This document shows, piece after piece, positions 25,691 through 40,230 of a stretch of 64,000 nt of DNA. The stretch spans positions 1,736,001 to 1,800,000 of the forward strand of contig OZ234494.1 in NCBI GenBank assembly GCA_965153455.1, given 5' to 3'. Each line of letters begins with the position of its first letter. The stretch's first letter is position 1. The notes beneath the pieces are model-generated. The model made no database searches and was not told where the DNA came from. It saw only the letters and a program-made list of their open reading frames with translations. This DNA is from Sphagnum compactum (taxonomy: Eukaryota). Both the position numbers and the translations under genes were made by a program.

Positions 25691-28600
25691 TCCACATGAG
25701 GGACTACAAGGAATGGGTTCAAAACTTGAAATCGATCAACATTGATCTAGAAATTAGTAAATTGCAAGAAATTTACTCAAAATCCAAAACCTACAAACAT
25801 TGGTCCACCCCAATAAACTCAAACCCTAAAATCAGCCAACACTAGTCCTAGGCTAGTAATAAAAATTTAGTGTAGTGTTGTGCAAACTTGAAGCACACAT
25901 GAGAATTTCTAGGAATATGAAACCTGACATAATGGGCTAAAATGAATTAGCACCCACCAACATGCATAGAGGATGGATGGTCAATGATCAAGAAATTGTT
26001 TCCTATTGGGCCAATTCCCTAGTTAATCATAATGGTTAGATCAATTATGTGTTTTGTTCCATGTTTGCTAAAAACTCACAAGTAGGTTATTAGTTGGTAA
26101 ATAGTAAAACTAACCTTTATGTATAAACTATATCATTACATGGTAGTCATATATATATATATATGACCTATTTTTCATAGAATGGGTTACCAAGATGAAA
26201 CTAGATATTAATTCAGTTGAGGTTCATCCACAAATGAGTTATAATTAAAGGCATCTAGTCCATGGTGCACTATTTTGTGTTATTTCATTTTGGTTAACAT
26301 AATGACGACGTAAAATACTTTGCAACCTTTCAAATTTAAGTCCTGACCAATCCAAGACTCATAATTTGAGTTTACACTTGAAAAAATAGTTCATTAGCAG
26401 GCTAGATGCATAGTTTCAACAATAATGTTAGATAATGTGTTTTTGGTGTAAATTGATCATGATGAAGGATAAAATAGAAAAGGGGTTTTATACCTTCCCC
26501 CAAACAAGTTCAATCAACCCATGGATGATTTCAAGTGGACATGATAAACATTATAATGTCCAATCATCTTCATTGAAATTGACATAAAATCCCTAGGGGC
26601 TTCTCTTTGTAATGAACAATGTTGGCACATAATTGAGCCCTCTTATATTTTTTTGACAAAATAAAAAGTGACCACATATGCAAAATGTTAAAATGTTTAT
26701 CAACTTTGCATGTGTCAATGCCTAGACTTGTGTAGAGCCTTGCAAGGTTATGTCACAAGTTTTGATTGATGTTAGTGCAAATTTTATCTAAAATAAATTT
26801 GGACATTAATGTTTTTAATTAATGAAACTAAGCTATTAGTAGTAATGTAACCTTTATCCTAAGATGTTGGAAATACAAACCCAACAAAGAGTGATAATAC
26901 ATGTAGGACAAAAAAAGTAGTCCTACATGTGACAAGACAAGTGTTGATCGTAGAATCTATGAAAAGAGTGGTGGGCATATCAATGCACCAACATCCAAAA
27001 AGTTCATTGGGGTGTTTAATGTCCCTTGCTACATATGAAGATCGTAACTTGTTTTGGACTCCCCTACTTATTTGAAACCTTAAAGGTAGCTAGTCCAAAG
27101 AAAATTAACAAATTTTTTAAAAAGATGCAAACTCAATTCCTTCTCTCTAGACTCCACAAAATGGATTTCTATGTATTTTCTTTCAAATTATTTTTATTTG
27201 CTATGTATCTATTATGTATAACTCATGTTTGGCCACATGGCAATGCAAAGATTGGATTTGGCATGTGCTATTGTAACACCTAGATGGGTTATTAAACGTA
27301 AAAGTTACAAATAAATAATAATGTGGCCTAGGGTAGAAGGATCGATAAATATGAGAATAAATAATTCAATTCATGGGCCCTACCTTGAAAATCTTTGACT
27401 AGAGGCATAAGCTTGGATTCATATGAATAATTTATTCCACTATTTTGGGTTAGACATAGTTCAACATGAATTATGTGAGCTTGATTAAATCCTAGTTGGG
27501 AAGAAGATTTTAAATAATTGAATGATTTATTCATAGGAAGGATGATAGTTCTGGAAATATAATGTGGTATAATATTAATGATTTGTAGTTGATGAATGGG
27601 AATGTTTAGTAGATGTGGATAAATGGGGATAATAATCTATCCATTTTTCCTTTCAAGTATATAAAGCATGGGGGTAGATTTGAGTTCATATTATCTTTTT
27701 CATATTTGCATGTTGCTACTTTTTGTTAAGCTTTAAGATAAATTTTTGGTGTAACAAACCTATGTCGCAATAAACTTATGTATTTTTTTATTATTATGGA
27801 AGTGTTCACAAGAGCAAATGTGCATCTTTTTGTTGAATGATCCCCATAAACAAAATCCTTGGGTGCATGTGATGAGCCCTTCAATGGGTGTAGTAGCCCA
27901 CATAACTAAGACCAAATTTCAGGCATGTGGGTGATCCTTGCCCAAAAATATGTAAGTTCATTTCTTCATTTCTTATATTTTTGAGGTTTTCTATATGGGG
28001 TGTGAGTGTTATGTGAAAATTCCATTGTGCAACCTACTTATGTGATAGTAGGGATTTAATTCAAAATTAACCCTAATAGGCCTAGACGGTTTTTTAACTA
28101 CATATCACTTTTTGAAGTTTTAGTATATTTTGGATGAAATACCTAAATTTGAGGTCTTTCAAAAATAGACAACCCTTCAAATTATATGTATTATGTAAAA
28201 AAGTCAAAATTGGTACTTTTAGCCTTGATTGTGTTAGTCAACTGAGGATGTTCTTGGGTTAAAGTTCAATTTCTTCCAATTGAACCATTTGATTACATTC
28301 AATCTTTTTTGTGCGAGGTTTGCAATTTGTATTAATGTTGTTCTATTCTTGATTTAGAAAAGAACCTTAGGTCCCAATTTAATTTATTAAATATTTTTTT
28401 GATAGAACCTTCAATTTAGTCTTGAGATCGATTTTGTGGAAATCTAAAAACCTCAATTTTGATCATTCACAAAGAATTTATAACTGGTCAAATTTAAGAT
28501 TAGGTTCAATTCCATTTCCATCACATATAATTAAATCATTTTTTTTTGGTAGCATAAGTTTGTTCAATTAGTGCACACAATTCAAAATAATAATTTATGT

Positions 28601-29215
28601 ACAACTAATCAAATGCAATAATTTGTCTAAAATATAGAACCAAGCTTACATATATTTTCATGAAAAAATTTGTACTTATGTACCAAGAGATCCTGAACCT
28701 ATTTAAAACAGGGCAACACCCGCATTCAAGTTTTGATTCAATTTTGAAAAGAGGCTAGTTGCTTGATTAGGTTCCAATGGTAGTTTCAACAAATCACTTA
28801 TACTTTCATTCAATCATTGTGCGAGGTTTCCACACATTTTGTGTTTCCAGATCTGACAATTGGATTCCAAAAATTATGCATTCGGCTGCGCTGTAAGGCT
28901 TGAACCAAGCCTACCATTGGAGCCTATGTAAGGACCTTGCCTGGAGGCTGGACCTTAAGGGCTTAACCTTGCAAATAACATATATACCATGCTCATCATC
29001 ATTTGCAATAGCTTTGAAAAACAATGAATGAGTGAATTGAGTAGATTTGCTACTTCCCAGTATACTGGATACTACCTCTGCATGATGGATATAGCTCTTC
29101 CACTCAGATGCAGTTAAAACACCCCGCATTGAACTTTGTGGGCATCAATGTGCTACAAAATGGCCAAGGATAGTTTTGATACCCAAGTGATCCATTGCAA
29201 GTAATATATATGTGC

Positions 29216-29218
<3 letters not shown>

Positions 29219-29247
<29 letters not shown>
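29219..29247. repeat. (TG)n microsatellite; others are (CT)n ~15502-15527, (CTA)n ~30644-30667, (GA)n ~30929-30954 and (GT)n ~53378-53401
   Basis: Read directly from the sequence. Confidence 0.95.
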
Positions 29248-29249
<2 letters not shown>

Positions 29250-29550
29250 AAAAGATGAAACAAATTGCATAGAAAGAACAATTTTTTTTTACCTGCTCAA
29301 ATAGCTTAGTACTGCGTACTACTAAGGATAGATAAGTGTGTGTTCCCTACTTACTTAAATATTAAACAGGCCAAAGGACTTGAATGCTGCCAGTACAAAT
29401 GCATCATAGGTAGTTACCTATTATTCTAGCTACTACTTACCTCTGCACACTTTCATCTACCATTCCAAGATCATGATATAGAGAACAAAGATACATATAT
29501 GTATATAAAGACTCTATATTATCACCAGATCTAGCAACAACATGGACTAG

Positions 29551-29656
29551 GTAACTGGCAAGAGCGCACAGGTTACTGTGAACAGTCAAGGCATGTGAAC
29601 ATTGTGACTCAGGTGCCTCAACTATTCACAGCAACCAGCATGCTCTTGCCAATTAC
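29551..29656 (-). other. Long imperfect hairpin (36-bp outer stem); MIR-precursor or tiny MITE candidate
   Basis: gtaactggcaagagcgcacaggttactgtgaacagt pairs with actattcacagcaaccagcatgctcttgccaattac. On the minus strand 5 of the 7 non-Watson-Crick positions are G.U. Confidence 0.5.
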
Positions 29657-30974
29657 TGGACATAGCTGATTGTATGTTAGCACCAAGCTTTATAGGTTTG
29701 TGACACAAGAAAGGGTGAGTTATGAGATTCAGCCAAACAGTGACCAGGAACATGCAAAAAGGTATTAAGGAGGTGTGAAACGTTAAAAGCCAGCAAACTA
29801 TGTAATATAACTAGGGAGCTCTTGTCCAATGGCATGTGGCCATGTTAGTGAGACACCTCCTACAATCAGTTATGGCAGTATAACTCTCCATGCGAATCAA
29901 GGACATGTAGATACTCATGATAAAGAAAGCCAGAACAAGGTTCAAACTTTTCCTTGAGGTCAAAGAAAGACTTCTAGATGATAAGGATTTTCAGAAGCAG
30001 GAAGAAGGAATAACTCAGAAGAGGATGAACACGCACTGAACAAAAGTGACAATCTTTCACTTGTTCAAGGAACCATGATCAACAGTAACATGTATGATAG
30101 TGACTTACTTATCTACCACAACTTCCCCAGTGACTTGATCACCTTCCCCACAGTGCAGGTACATAGGTGAGTGTCTGCACTAACCTATGTACTGAGTTTC
30201 TGTCACAAAGTCTGGAAGAAAGGGGGAAGAAAGACTTAGCCATAACACTGGCTAGCAACTAATAACATAGAAGTGGAAAAACATAGAGAAAAGTAGAGGG
30301 GAGAAAAACAAAAAAGCAAACACAATAAAGAGAAAAGACATAGAATTAACAGACAGCAAGAACAAAAAACCAGAAAGACTTCTATACCTATATCACCAGA
30401 TCTGCTACTGTCAACAAAGAACAAAAAAAAATCATAAGCTCTCAAACAAAAAAAAGATATCCAATTTGATTGATTTCCAATGTTGGGTTCACTCTCAGGT
30501 TCGTTTAGTTATGGTACACACTGCCATTGGGTGCCTCGATGCACCCGGGGGTGCTCACCTACAAGGTAAGCTAAATAGAGTACAAGACCCAGTGGTGCAT
30601 GTGCACAGGTTGTTTCAATCATTTTCTTGAACTTGCCTCACACTACTACTACTACTACTACTACTACCCACTTACCTCAGGTCCACAAAAGGCCTGAAAT
30701 CTTGGATCCTCACTACCTCCTCTTAGTCCTGGACAAGTCCACATGCTGTTGCTGCTGCTTGCTGCCAGACTCTACATAAGAAACAAAATAATGAGTGTTG
30801 CTGCTTGCTGCCAGAATAAATGTACTTACAAAACCAACCACCAATTGGGCGCAGATAGAATAGGCCTACTACAGTTTATGAGTCTAAGAAATTGTTGTAA
30901 GTGTCAAAAGAGAAGCTGTTGTAGTAACGAGAGAGAGAGAGAGAGAGAGAGAGAAAACAGTTCCAGGCTATGGA

Positions 30975-32639
30975 TTATTGGGGCGACTGTGAAAGCTCTT
31001 TCCTCAGTTTGCTGTTAAAGGGTTGACAAGCATCCACACTGAGGTCAACTGCCGCTGCAAGAGCCATAAAAACAGCTGCATCTTTGACACATCTGACATG
31101 CCGCATAGCTAGCTGCACCAAGGGTTTACTACTTTTCCTTTCTCCTCGGATTGCACAACTCATAACAAATCCACCACCACCACTACCAACAACTGGAAAC
31201 CCCACATTGTTGTTGTTGAAGGAAGAAGAGGAGGATGAGGACAAGGATGTGGAGGAGGAGGAGAAATCATCACTGCTCATGGTACTATCCTTTTTCCCCA
31301 GCCTGTCATCTGGAGAAAGAGCAGCTGGAGAAACAATTTCAGGTTTGAAGCGGGTGGTGTCAATGGAAAACTCGCCTCCCTTTCGAGCGCACACAGTGGT
31401 CTCTGACATCAAGATACCAGATCCTACTACTACACCTGCGGCACCAACACCATCACCACCTTCTGCTATCAGCTGGAATCGGCAGCTGAAGCTTTTACCG
31501 CCAGGTTCTCTCCAAGCTTCCAGACGACCCCATGGTCTCCAGCATGACTCCATGGCAGTTGTTGCCTCAGGTTGCAAGATGAGCCATGCACCAGGATTTG
31601 AGCGGCTCACATAGTCTGTGCCTGCCGAAGGCACAAAAGGTGTCACCATTGATGCAGCTGCCACAGGAGAACCCGAAAGATCATGTATCATCACAAGCCA
31701 GCCTTTCCTTTCCTTTCTCCCTTTCTCCTTCTCTCGTCCGACTGTTGAGGTACCTACCCATCCACTGCCAGCTGCAGCAGCAGAAGATGATGAAGAAGAA
31801 GAAGCACTTTGCCCTCCTACCCTGCAAAGTTCTCACAAAGAAACCACAACAACAAAAGCATCAGAGAGGGATCACACAAGCAAGCTTCACTAGGGTTTCA
31901 ACAAGTTCTTGCAGTGAGAACTTTTCTTGTTCCCTGCCAAAGACCCCAAAGCCAGGAAGAAGAAAAGATGTACTTACCATGATCTTGAGCTTCTGTCTCG
32001 GCTGAACTTGCAGCTGAAGATTGGCTGCTTGGTGTTGCCACGCACTTGTACAATCTGGGGACCCAATGCAGTCTCCCCATCGAATTGAAAGAGGTATCGA
32101 GGGTCAGGCTCCATTCTCACACTTAAGTGAAGTTCGGCTCCGGGTCTTCCTCCGTCTGCCTTTCCCTTCCCTATACATGTCCAGCCATTGTGCAACAGAA
32201 GGGGCTTCCCTTGCTCCAGCACCCACTCTAACCCTAATGCCAAGCGGAAGACGCCCAGCTTCTTTCTCCCTGTAAACACCACCACCTCAAGGCAAGGCAT
32301 GCTTCTCCTCCTGCTGCTGCTCATCATACACGACGGGAGCAGCAGCAGCTTCTCCAGCGCCGCTTCGTCCAAGTAGATGCTCGCGGCCGCCACCGCCGTG
32401 TTGTTGCTGCTCATGTCCGGGTCGACTACCGCCGTCGGAGGAGGAGCAAACAATGAAATGGGTACCTTCTGTGGTGGGAAATTGGGAAGCCGTATCTCGC
32501 AGAAGCAAGGCGAAGACGCCGCATGCAGCACCCCTCCGCCGTTCCTCCTGGACGACGCCGCTTCTTTACTCGCCACCATAGGCACCATTCGCAGACACAA
32601 TCCGTCAACCGCAAGCCTCACGAATGCACGCGGTTCCAT
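30975..32639 (-). CDS. DUF1005-family plant protein (~502 aa, 2 exons)
   Basis: Exons 32639-31978 and 31821-30975 (phase-2 GT-AG intron). Motifs: MEPRAFVRL, PCFCEIRL, EPDPRYLFQFDGE, QPIFSCKFS, ERKGWLVMIHDLSGSPVAAASMVTPFVPS, SNPGAWLIL, WRPWGRLEAWRE, FMALAAAVDLSVDACQPF. Confidence 0.95.
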
Positions 32640-33485
32640 TACTGCATAAAGTTCTCCTCCTCACTCACGCAGGGAGCTGCTGCACAACCCCTCACTCCAC
32701 ACCGTTGCAGCATTCAAACTCCCATCATTCTTGCTCTTGTTCTTCTTCAAATCTCTGTCTCTCTGTCTCTCTGTGTGGTCTCTGTAGCCAGTGCTTTGTG
32801 CTGGTTCATAAACTAGCAGCTTGTACCCTACCTATCATCAAAACTCTCTCTCTCTCGCAAATGGTTTCTCATGCTAGCTTGCACCAAACAGCCATGCACC
32901 CAACTCATCAAAACTCTATCTCTGTCTTTCTCTGTGCATGTCTCTGTCTCTATCTCTCTCGGCAATGGTCTCTGCTGCTTCATTAGACTAGTTTACTCAA
33001 AACAGGTATGCACCCATCATCAAAACTCTCTCTCTCTCTCTCCCTCTCTCTGTGGCATACGCACCCATAATCATTATCATCATCCTCATCAAAGCTCTGC
33101 TTCTTTCTCTGTGTGTGTTTGTTTGTCTGTCTCTGTGTTCAATGGGTTCATGGTGATTCAAGAGCTTGACTGGAATGCTTGCTTGGTTGCTACTATCACG
33201 TACTTACCCCACTTCATTTATCAAAATATCCAAATGTCTCTTGGGTCTTGGGTTGCGCACACGAAGGAAGAAGCGTTGCCGACTGCCGCGCGAGAAGAAG
33301 GTCCGCCCGCGATCTTCCACAAAACGTGGCAGGCAGAAAATCCCGAATTTCTGCTCTGCCGCACCCGGCCGACGTCTGCCTGCCACTGTGGCTTCCCTTC
33401 CGGCCTGCCCACGACCTGCGGCGCTCAGTTTAGCACTCTGCCCACCGTTCCACCTTCGCCCTCACCTGCCTATAACTCCATAGCC

Positions 33486-33686
33486 ATGGGAACAAAATGC
33501 TTTTGATGGGAACTTGATGGGAACAACAGGAATTTCATGGGAATTGTTTGGGAACAAGAGGAATTTTTTGGGAACTTGATGAGAACAAAAGGATATTGAT
33601 AGTTTATTGATAGGAATAAGACGAATTTGATGGGAACAAAAGGAATTTGATTGAACCTTGATGGGAACAAGAGGAATTTGATGGGC
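33486..33686. repeat. Short-unit degenerate repeat (ttgatgggaacaa) upstream of DUF1005
   Basis: Repeated (t)tgatgggaac(a/t) units. Confidence 0.8.
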
Positions 33687-34083
33687 AGACAATGTGTGCA
33701 TGTGCACACATTTTATCTGCCTGCCTCCCTTTCTGCCAGCGGATTTCAAGGAGCAGGCAGTCTGCACCCAAGGTTTGCACACCCATCTCTCTCCCCTCTC
33801 TTCTTCTCTTCTCTTCTCTTCTCTTGCAAATGCTGCTTACTTGCTTGCTTGCTTCCATCCAGACTGGAGGAAATGTGTGTGCTTTTCAAGAGTAGAATAA
33901 CTACCAAATAAAGTCCCCTTTTACTGTTATGGCAAATTCAAACTTCAAACCAGTGTTGGTCTGGTACATAGGTAGGCCCTGCCATTCTGGTATGAGCTGA
34001 GGCAAAACCACCAGGCTTTATACCCTCTATACCAGCCTGGTTAGGACTACTACTAGGGACCTGAGTGAGGTAAAGAGCAGCTT

Positions 34084-34468
34084 CAGTGGTGCTCAATAAG
34101 TATGTGACCCTGCAAAAGTATTTCTCAAAATCCAAATCCAAGTTTAATTTTCTATATAATTTTTTGTAAGCCGTACCCATAAAACTGAATCCCTGACTCC
34201 AAATAAGTGAGAGAGAGGCTACTAATAGCAACCCACCTGGACCAATGATTACGATTGGCTAATCAGATATAGGGAGCATCAGTGGTCAGTCAGATCACAT
34301 TTATTGCACTCTTCTCTAGCAGGTGTTAGGCTTTGCTGTACCCTTTACCAGCTTTCAGCAAGCTCCGTCAAATTGCTGGCCCAAAACCATTTTGCTGAGC
34401 TAAACCAGCATGTTTTGACTTGTCTTCATCCAATTTTAGTTTGCACGATCACATACTGAACACCACTG
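34084..34468. mobile_element. MITE family A, copy 1 (CAG...CTG termini, hAT-like)
   Basis: Left end cagtggtgctcaataagtatgtgaccctgcaa; right end ttgcacgatcacatactgaacaccactg (imperfect TIR). Internal ctactaatagcaacccacctggaccaat is shared with the other copies. Confidence 0.7.
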
Positions 34469-34618
34469 GAGCTGGTTCTAATATCAGGTATATACTATGT
34501 ATTAACCTCATATCAAGGTCAATACCAGGTTTATACATGTTTCATACCAGGCAAAAAATCATGTATGGATCGTATTGCCTGAGTTCATACCAGTCTGGTA
34601 GGGTCCGAAAAGCATCTG

Positions 34619-34915
34619 CAGGGTGCTAAATAAGGTGACCCTGCAAAAATATTTCTCGTATCCAGGTTTAGTTATTTTATTTATTTCCAACTCCACCCAT
34701 AAAACTAAAACTGGGCCTGCAAATAGGTAGGAGACTACTAATAGCAACCCACCTGGACCAATCAAACTATCTTGCCAATCAACTGCAGGCGTCAGACTTT
34801 GTCATGCCTTTGACGAGCCTCAGCAAAGCAAACTGTGCAAAAATGCTGGTTCAAATGACATGTTTTAACTCTTCTTCATCCAATGTTAATGTGCAGGGTC
34901 ACATACTGAGCATTG
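34619..34915. mobile_element. MITE family A, copy 2
   Basis: gtgaccctgcaaaaatatttctc ... ctactaatagcaacccacctggaccaatc ... tgcagggtcacatactgagca. Confidence 0.7.
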
Positions 34916-35109
34916 GTGGAGTTGCTTTTATACAGGTGCTCGTAAGGTGCCGATACTTGGCGTAGGCCTTTGTATTGATCTAAACACCACTTCAAAGTTC
35001 AAACCAGCAATATGAAAATAATGTTTCCGTCAAGTTCCTCAACAAATGCACTTCGCGTTTGCATGAATATTATTTTACTTGCACAAGTTTTGATTTCTTT
35101 AGGGTTTTG

Positions 35110-36050
35110 CTTTTATTCAATTTTTCATTGACAAAGATTTTACTCAAAATTCTGTATCTCCTACACCTTAGGTTAAAAAAAATTTAAATCACCTTTCCAA
35201 AATCTTACTGATTGAGCACTTTCCAACAATACCAAAAGAGTGGCCCGATTTCTTTAAAATTATTAGTTTTGATTTTATTGGATTTTCAATGACAAAATTT
35301 GTTCAATATTCAATAACTTTTGCATTATAGGTTTAAACATTACAAAATCACTTAGGTGCATCCCTACTCATAAAGGGCTTTTGAATGATACCAAGCATGC
35401 AATGAGGGCATTATTGTTTGAGGGATTTCAATGTGAGAAACAAAACAAACAAACTACCTTCCTTGATAAATAGATTAGTGTGACTTGTGCCATTGGTCCA
35501 AGTGTGAACTCATTACCCGATTAACTAAACTTGAATTTAAAATATTATTGAATTTTTAATAACAAAGATGATTCAAAATTCAATATCTCTTGCACTTTAG
35601 GTCTAAAAAATATGAAATTGCCTCCACAAAATCCCACTCATTAAGCACTTTCCAAGAATATCAACAATGCACCCAAATTTCTTTCAAAAAATTAGTTTTG
35701 ATTTTGTTGAATTTTCAATAGGTATTGCACAATCTAAAGACTAAAACTGCAAAAGCACCTTGATGCACCCCTATTCATTTAGAACTTTCTAGCAATACCA
35801 AGTGTATAAGGGAGGCGGGGGATCTCAATGTGATAAGCAAACAAAAAATAAACTTACCTTCCTTAATAGTAGATAATGTGACATGTGCCACTAATCAAAT
35901 TGTGAATAGGATTGTGACAATAGGGCCAAATCTTTTAAAAATTATTTTAAATATCAAATTAATTTTAAATGATGAAAATTACTCAAAATTCAATACCTAT
36001 CTCCCCCACTTAGGTTTTAAAATTAACAAATCACCTCTTTCAAAAAAAAA
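35110..36050. repeat. Degenerate tandem repeat, about 2-3 units of ~420 bp
   Basis: tcaaaattc..tatctc....cttagg...aaatcacct recurs at ~35144, ~35573 and ~35982; the aacaaa...ctaccttccttgata/aata block recurs at ~35445 and ~35845. Confidence 0.7.
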
Positions 36051-36059
36051 AACTTCATT

Positions 36060-36450
36060 ACAACAATGCAAGCATAAGGAGACAACATGTCAACCAATGG
36101 TAGACACTTACTAATTCTGGATGGTTACCACTCCCATGCTATTTGTAAATGTAGTCCAAATAGCAAGGAGTGTGAATTTGGACTTAATTACTTTGCCATC
36201 ACATACATCTTATGTGTTATATTCATTAGACATATTTTGTTTCAAGTTATTCAAAATTGCATTTTGGTGATACTTAGATGTTTGGACCTTATCAAACAAG
36301 GAGAAAGGTGCAAAGAAGGAGAATTTGGCGTAGTAGGTTTCATTGGTTTTTAGGAAAAGTCTTGTGCTTCATAACAATATTTAATTTGGAATTATTGGCA
36401 TATGTCAGTAAATTCCAATGCAATAGTAGGTACGTTCCACCTTTAATCTT
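36060..36450 (+). mobile_element. pogo/DDE_1 transposase remnant
   Basis: RHLLILDGYHSH followed by LITLPSHTSYVLYSLDIFCFKLFK (cf. LPxHTSHxLQPLDxxxFxxFK). Confidence 0.8.
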
Positions 36451-38559
36451 TCATGGAAATACAATAACTAAATTGTGTAGAGTTTGTTGTTAAGGACTTA
36501 CAAGAACATGAAATTTGAGAGGAATGTACAAAAGATGCAACTAAAAGCATGTCATTATTTTTTTGACGTGGAAGGCATTGGCATAGGTGGTGATGTCAAC
36601 ATTGAGGTCATTGAATTAGGCTTTGGAGATAGTTAGGTTCAAACCTTGCCAACATTTAACACATCATTGACATGTAATCATCGTGCATGGTAGGTCATAG
36701 TATCACCATCTATGGCGAAAAAAAATTGTTTTCATAATGTATTGGTCATAGGATGTTGGAAGTAGTCATGTGAAAAACCTTTCATAGACTACACAAAGTC
36801 CATTATGATGATTTTAAATTACCCAACAACTTTAAAACAAAAGGTGATAAAAAAGGATGTGGTTATTAAAGACAAGGGATTGTAGAGACAAGAATAACTT
36901 AGTAACAAAGAAAAATTGTCATTGACAAAGAAAACAAACAAATAGGAAAACAAAGACTTTTGAAAATAAAGACAAAAAAAAGGTTCAATGAAACCTAATC
37001 GACAAAGTGCATTGTTCAACAAGGTGACACACTACATGGAGCAATGGAAAATAGGAAAGCCAAACAAGCAAGACTAAATAACAACCATTTGGAAGTAATA
37101 TAACCTTCATGAATGTACAAACCAGTGTTGGCCAATTATTGAAAAACGACTCAAGTATCAACTAGGGTCTTGGTCCATGTATCATATAACTTACTTGTTA
37201 GTTCCATTTCCAAGAAATACCCAATCAAAAACTACCCAACTTGGTATTAGGATTTTAGATATCTTGTAAATACCCTATTGGTAGAATATTAGTTTTAAAA
37301 AGTTCAATACCATATTGATACCCTAATGGGGACTTACATGGGTCATTTTTTTCATCCAAGCACCTTCATCCATTAAGGGACTTTTTATTCTGTATAACTA
37401 AAACATCACAAACTTCCTGGGGAAAAATAATTATGTAAAAATAATGAGAAATTATATATAATGTAATTTGGATCAAATATCATTCTTTAGTCATTTCAAT
37501 AAATGTTCAAATTATATTGTATTATCATAGTATCAACATAAACATAATTATTCTTTAAAATTATATAATTTTCAGTCTCCTTGAATGTAAAATTTTACAT
37601 TTGTGCCATGAAAATAATGATAAAATGACAAACCATTATTCTTTTCATCATCATAATCATCGAATTAATAAGTCAAAACCATTATTCATTATGTTTATAT
37701 ATTTTCAACAAACATTTTATCAACAATAAAACAATAAAGTGAAAAATACACAACAATGATGTGAAAAAAACTTAATAAATAACATAAATCTAATGATTCA
37801 TTATAATCATATTGAAATTTTTCCTAAGGAAATTTGTGATGAACCCTAAACCATGAGTCTTTCTTTCATGTGTCATTTTTAACTTTGCATTCAGCGATGT
37901 TTTCCTACTTGCTGTTGGGATAAATTATCACGTTTGGCTACAATAGCCCCAAACACAACAATCCATCCCAATAGTGAAATCCTTGAATGTTATTGTGAAC
38001 ATTGAGGACAAATATTGAAGCATTGTTGGGGGTCCATGATGGCAAATTTTCCTTTCAACTCACAACAATTCAATTGACGCACCCATTAATAAGTAATTTC
38101 CCCTCTCTATTGTGTCTACTTATGTTCATTGTTGATGTTGCTTTTATCTTTGTTTTGTTGGGTGTTGTCCATTAAGTCTATGGGACTAAATGCATAGTGA
38201 TGAAATTGCACTGCAAAAATAGATTCGCATGAATTGTTTAAGGGTTTCAATTTCAAATTCTAAATTTTGAAGTTCATCAAAGGAATTTTTAATTAATTCA
38301 TCAATGTCCAATTGTACTAGATTTTGGATTTAAAAAATTCCATTGTAATCAAAATCCAAATGGCAAATTAGATTGAAACATTTGATATAAATGTGCATAT
38401 GCATTAGGGATTTGATTGTGAGGATGTTCACTTGAAATTGGGGAATTTAACTAAGGATTTTGGGCTAGTAGTTCATTTGATTTTGATGCCAAATGAACCA
38501 TCTACATTTGACATCATTGCAACGCCCAATGACTTGGATGAGGAAATAGAAATTGCATG

Positions 38560-40230
38560 GGAGGCTCTAAAGGTTCAATTCATCATGAATTAGAAAGCAT
38601 GGGTCCCTCACTACAAGTTGTTCCTCCCTTGGAATTTTTTTTGTGATGAGTGATGGCAATTAGCCATATCCTATTCTATTTCAAATTATGTGTTGTGTGA
38701 TTTACCATTATGTTTACCTAAATTAAAGTGCTGGTAGTACCACCACAAGGAAAAAAGGTATGATTTCTTATAACCAACAAGATGGGACTACTTTTATGGA
38801 AAAACAGATCTTGGGCGAGCATCCAGTTACTTAGTGCAAGTGGAAAAATATTAATGTGGCTTTTAATTCAGAGGAGCTACATTGAAAAAGTCCAAAAAAA
38901 GATTTATCATTCGTTAAGGGGCCATCATAGATAATTTTGGGAATGGTAATCCTTATAAGAGGGATGATGCACAAAAACAAAAATTTATGGAGGACATGTT
39001 ATTGATTATTGTCAAAGCTTACATGCCTTTTTTTAATGTAGAACATTAATGGCACTTGGTCATGTGTTAGAATCCTTGAATTGTGTTTCTAAATTGTAAG
39101 CAAATGGTTCAACATGCCATCCCTTTAATGGTGGCTAAGACAATGGACCAATATGTAATTCCTACTTTGGATTTATGTATTACAATAAAAACTTCTTTTG
39201 ATTTATGAATGTCTAGATCTTGACATGATATGTTTGTTTCTGTGATTAAATAAACTCACTGTGGGTGCCTTGCCATGTGATAATGATATTTTTTGAAACC
39301 ACTGATATGTCTAGAATCGCAATGGCAGCATAGGTCAAGGATTTCCTATCATCATACAATTTATTAAACAAATTAATTGCTTATGTGAAGCACAAGGGTG
39401 GCAATCTATCCACTCTTGCACAAGCTCTTATTTCAATTTTCAACGATGGTCCTTTGTAGTTCCTTGGCAGGGGTCGTGTTTTAGCCATGTTTTCAACAAA
39501 ACATGCCAATCAAACCCAAGGATACTGGATACTCTGGATGCCCTAAATTCCGCCCTTTCAATCAGTGTGTGTATGCAAAATTAGATTTATCAATATGAGA
39601 TTATCCTTTCAATTTTGTGAACAAGGATTTTGAATATCAATTGGGGCATTGTGGGTGCAAATGAAGGCAGAAGTTCAGGTTGTATTGGTTCCATTTCTGG
39701 CATTTACATCTTTTTACAATGCTAATAAGGCTTATGACATGTTGTCATTAATGTTGGACCCACATTTTAAATCCCTTGATGTGGTGAAGGCGTTTGTTGG
39801 ATGAGCAAAAGTGATACAAATTGTGGTTAAATATGATAGCAAGACTCTATTGCCATTGTTGGTGGTTGCTTTTCATTTGTGAAACCCCACCACTGATGGC
39901 TTGATTAAAGCAACATTAGTTGATGATGATTCCATCTTTAGGACAGTGACCTTAAATGTAACCACGTTGCATGGGTTGTTGAAGAATGAATTGGGCTTAT
40001 TCTACCATTTGCATGTGAAAGCTAGAAGATTTTGTATTGCCCTTGATTTGGTGGAAGTACCATGAAACATAAATTTCAAATGTTTCTTTTGTGCTCAACA
40101 AATCTCAGGGATTCCTAATCCCAAATTGAAACTAAGAAAATTTTCAGCATAGCTGCAGTGTTAATAAGCCTCCAATGCTATAGGTTGGGAGTTGACAATT
40201 TGGACAAGTTGGTGATGATAATGAAAATTT
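38560..40230 (+). mobile_element. Decayed hAT transposase, from the BED-like N-terminus to the dimerization domain
   Basis: Fragments KGMISYNQQDG, TSFDL*MS, AYVKHKGGNL, SCFSHVF, LMLDPHFKSL, LPLIWWKYHE and ETKKIFSIAAVL...RLGVDNLDKLVMI (cf. hATC ERIFS...RL..ENL..LV). Confidence 0.85.

Noticed and set aside
31084-32816. Plus-strand ORFs overlapping DUF1005
   Set aside because: Antisense shadows of a GC-rich coding sequence.
32871-33506. 211-aa plus-strand ORF upstream of DUF1005
   Set aside because: Made of CT/GT-rich leader sequence and a GC-rich promoter patch; non-ATG start; no recognisable domain.
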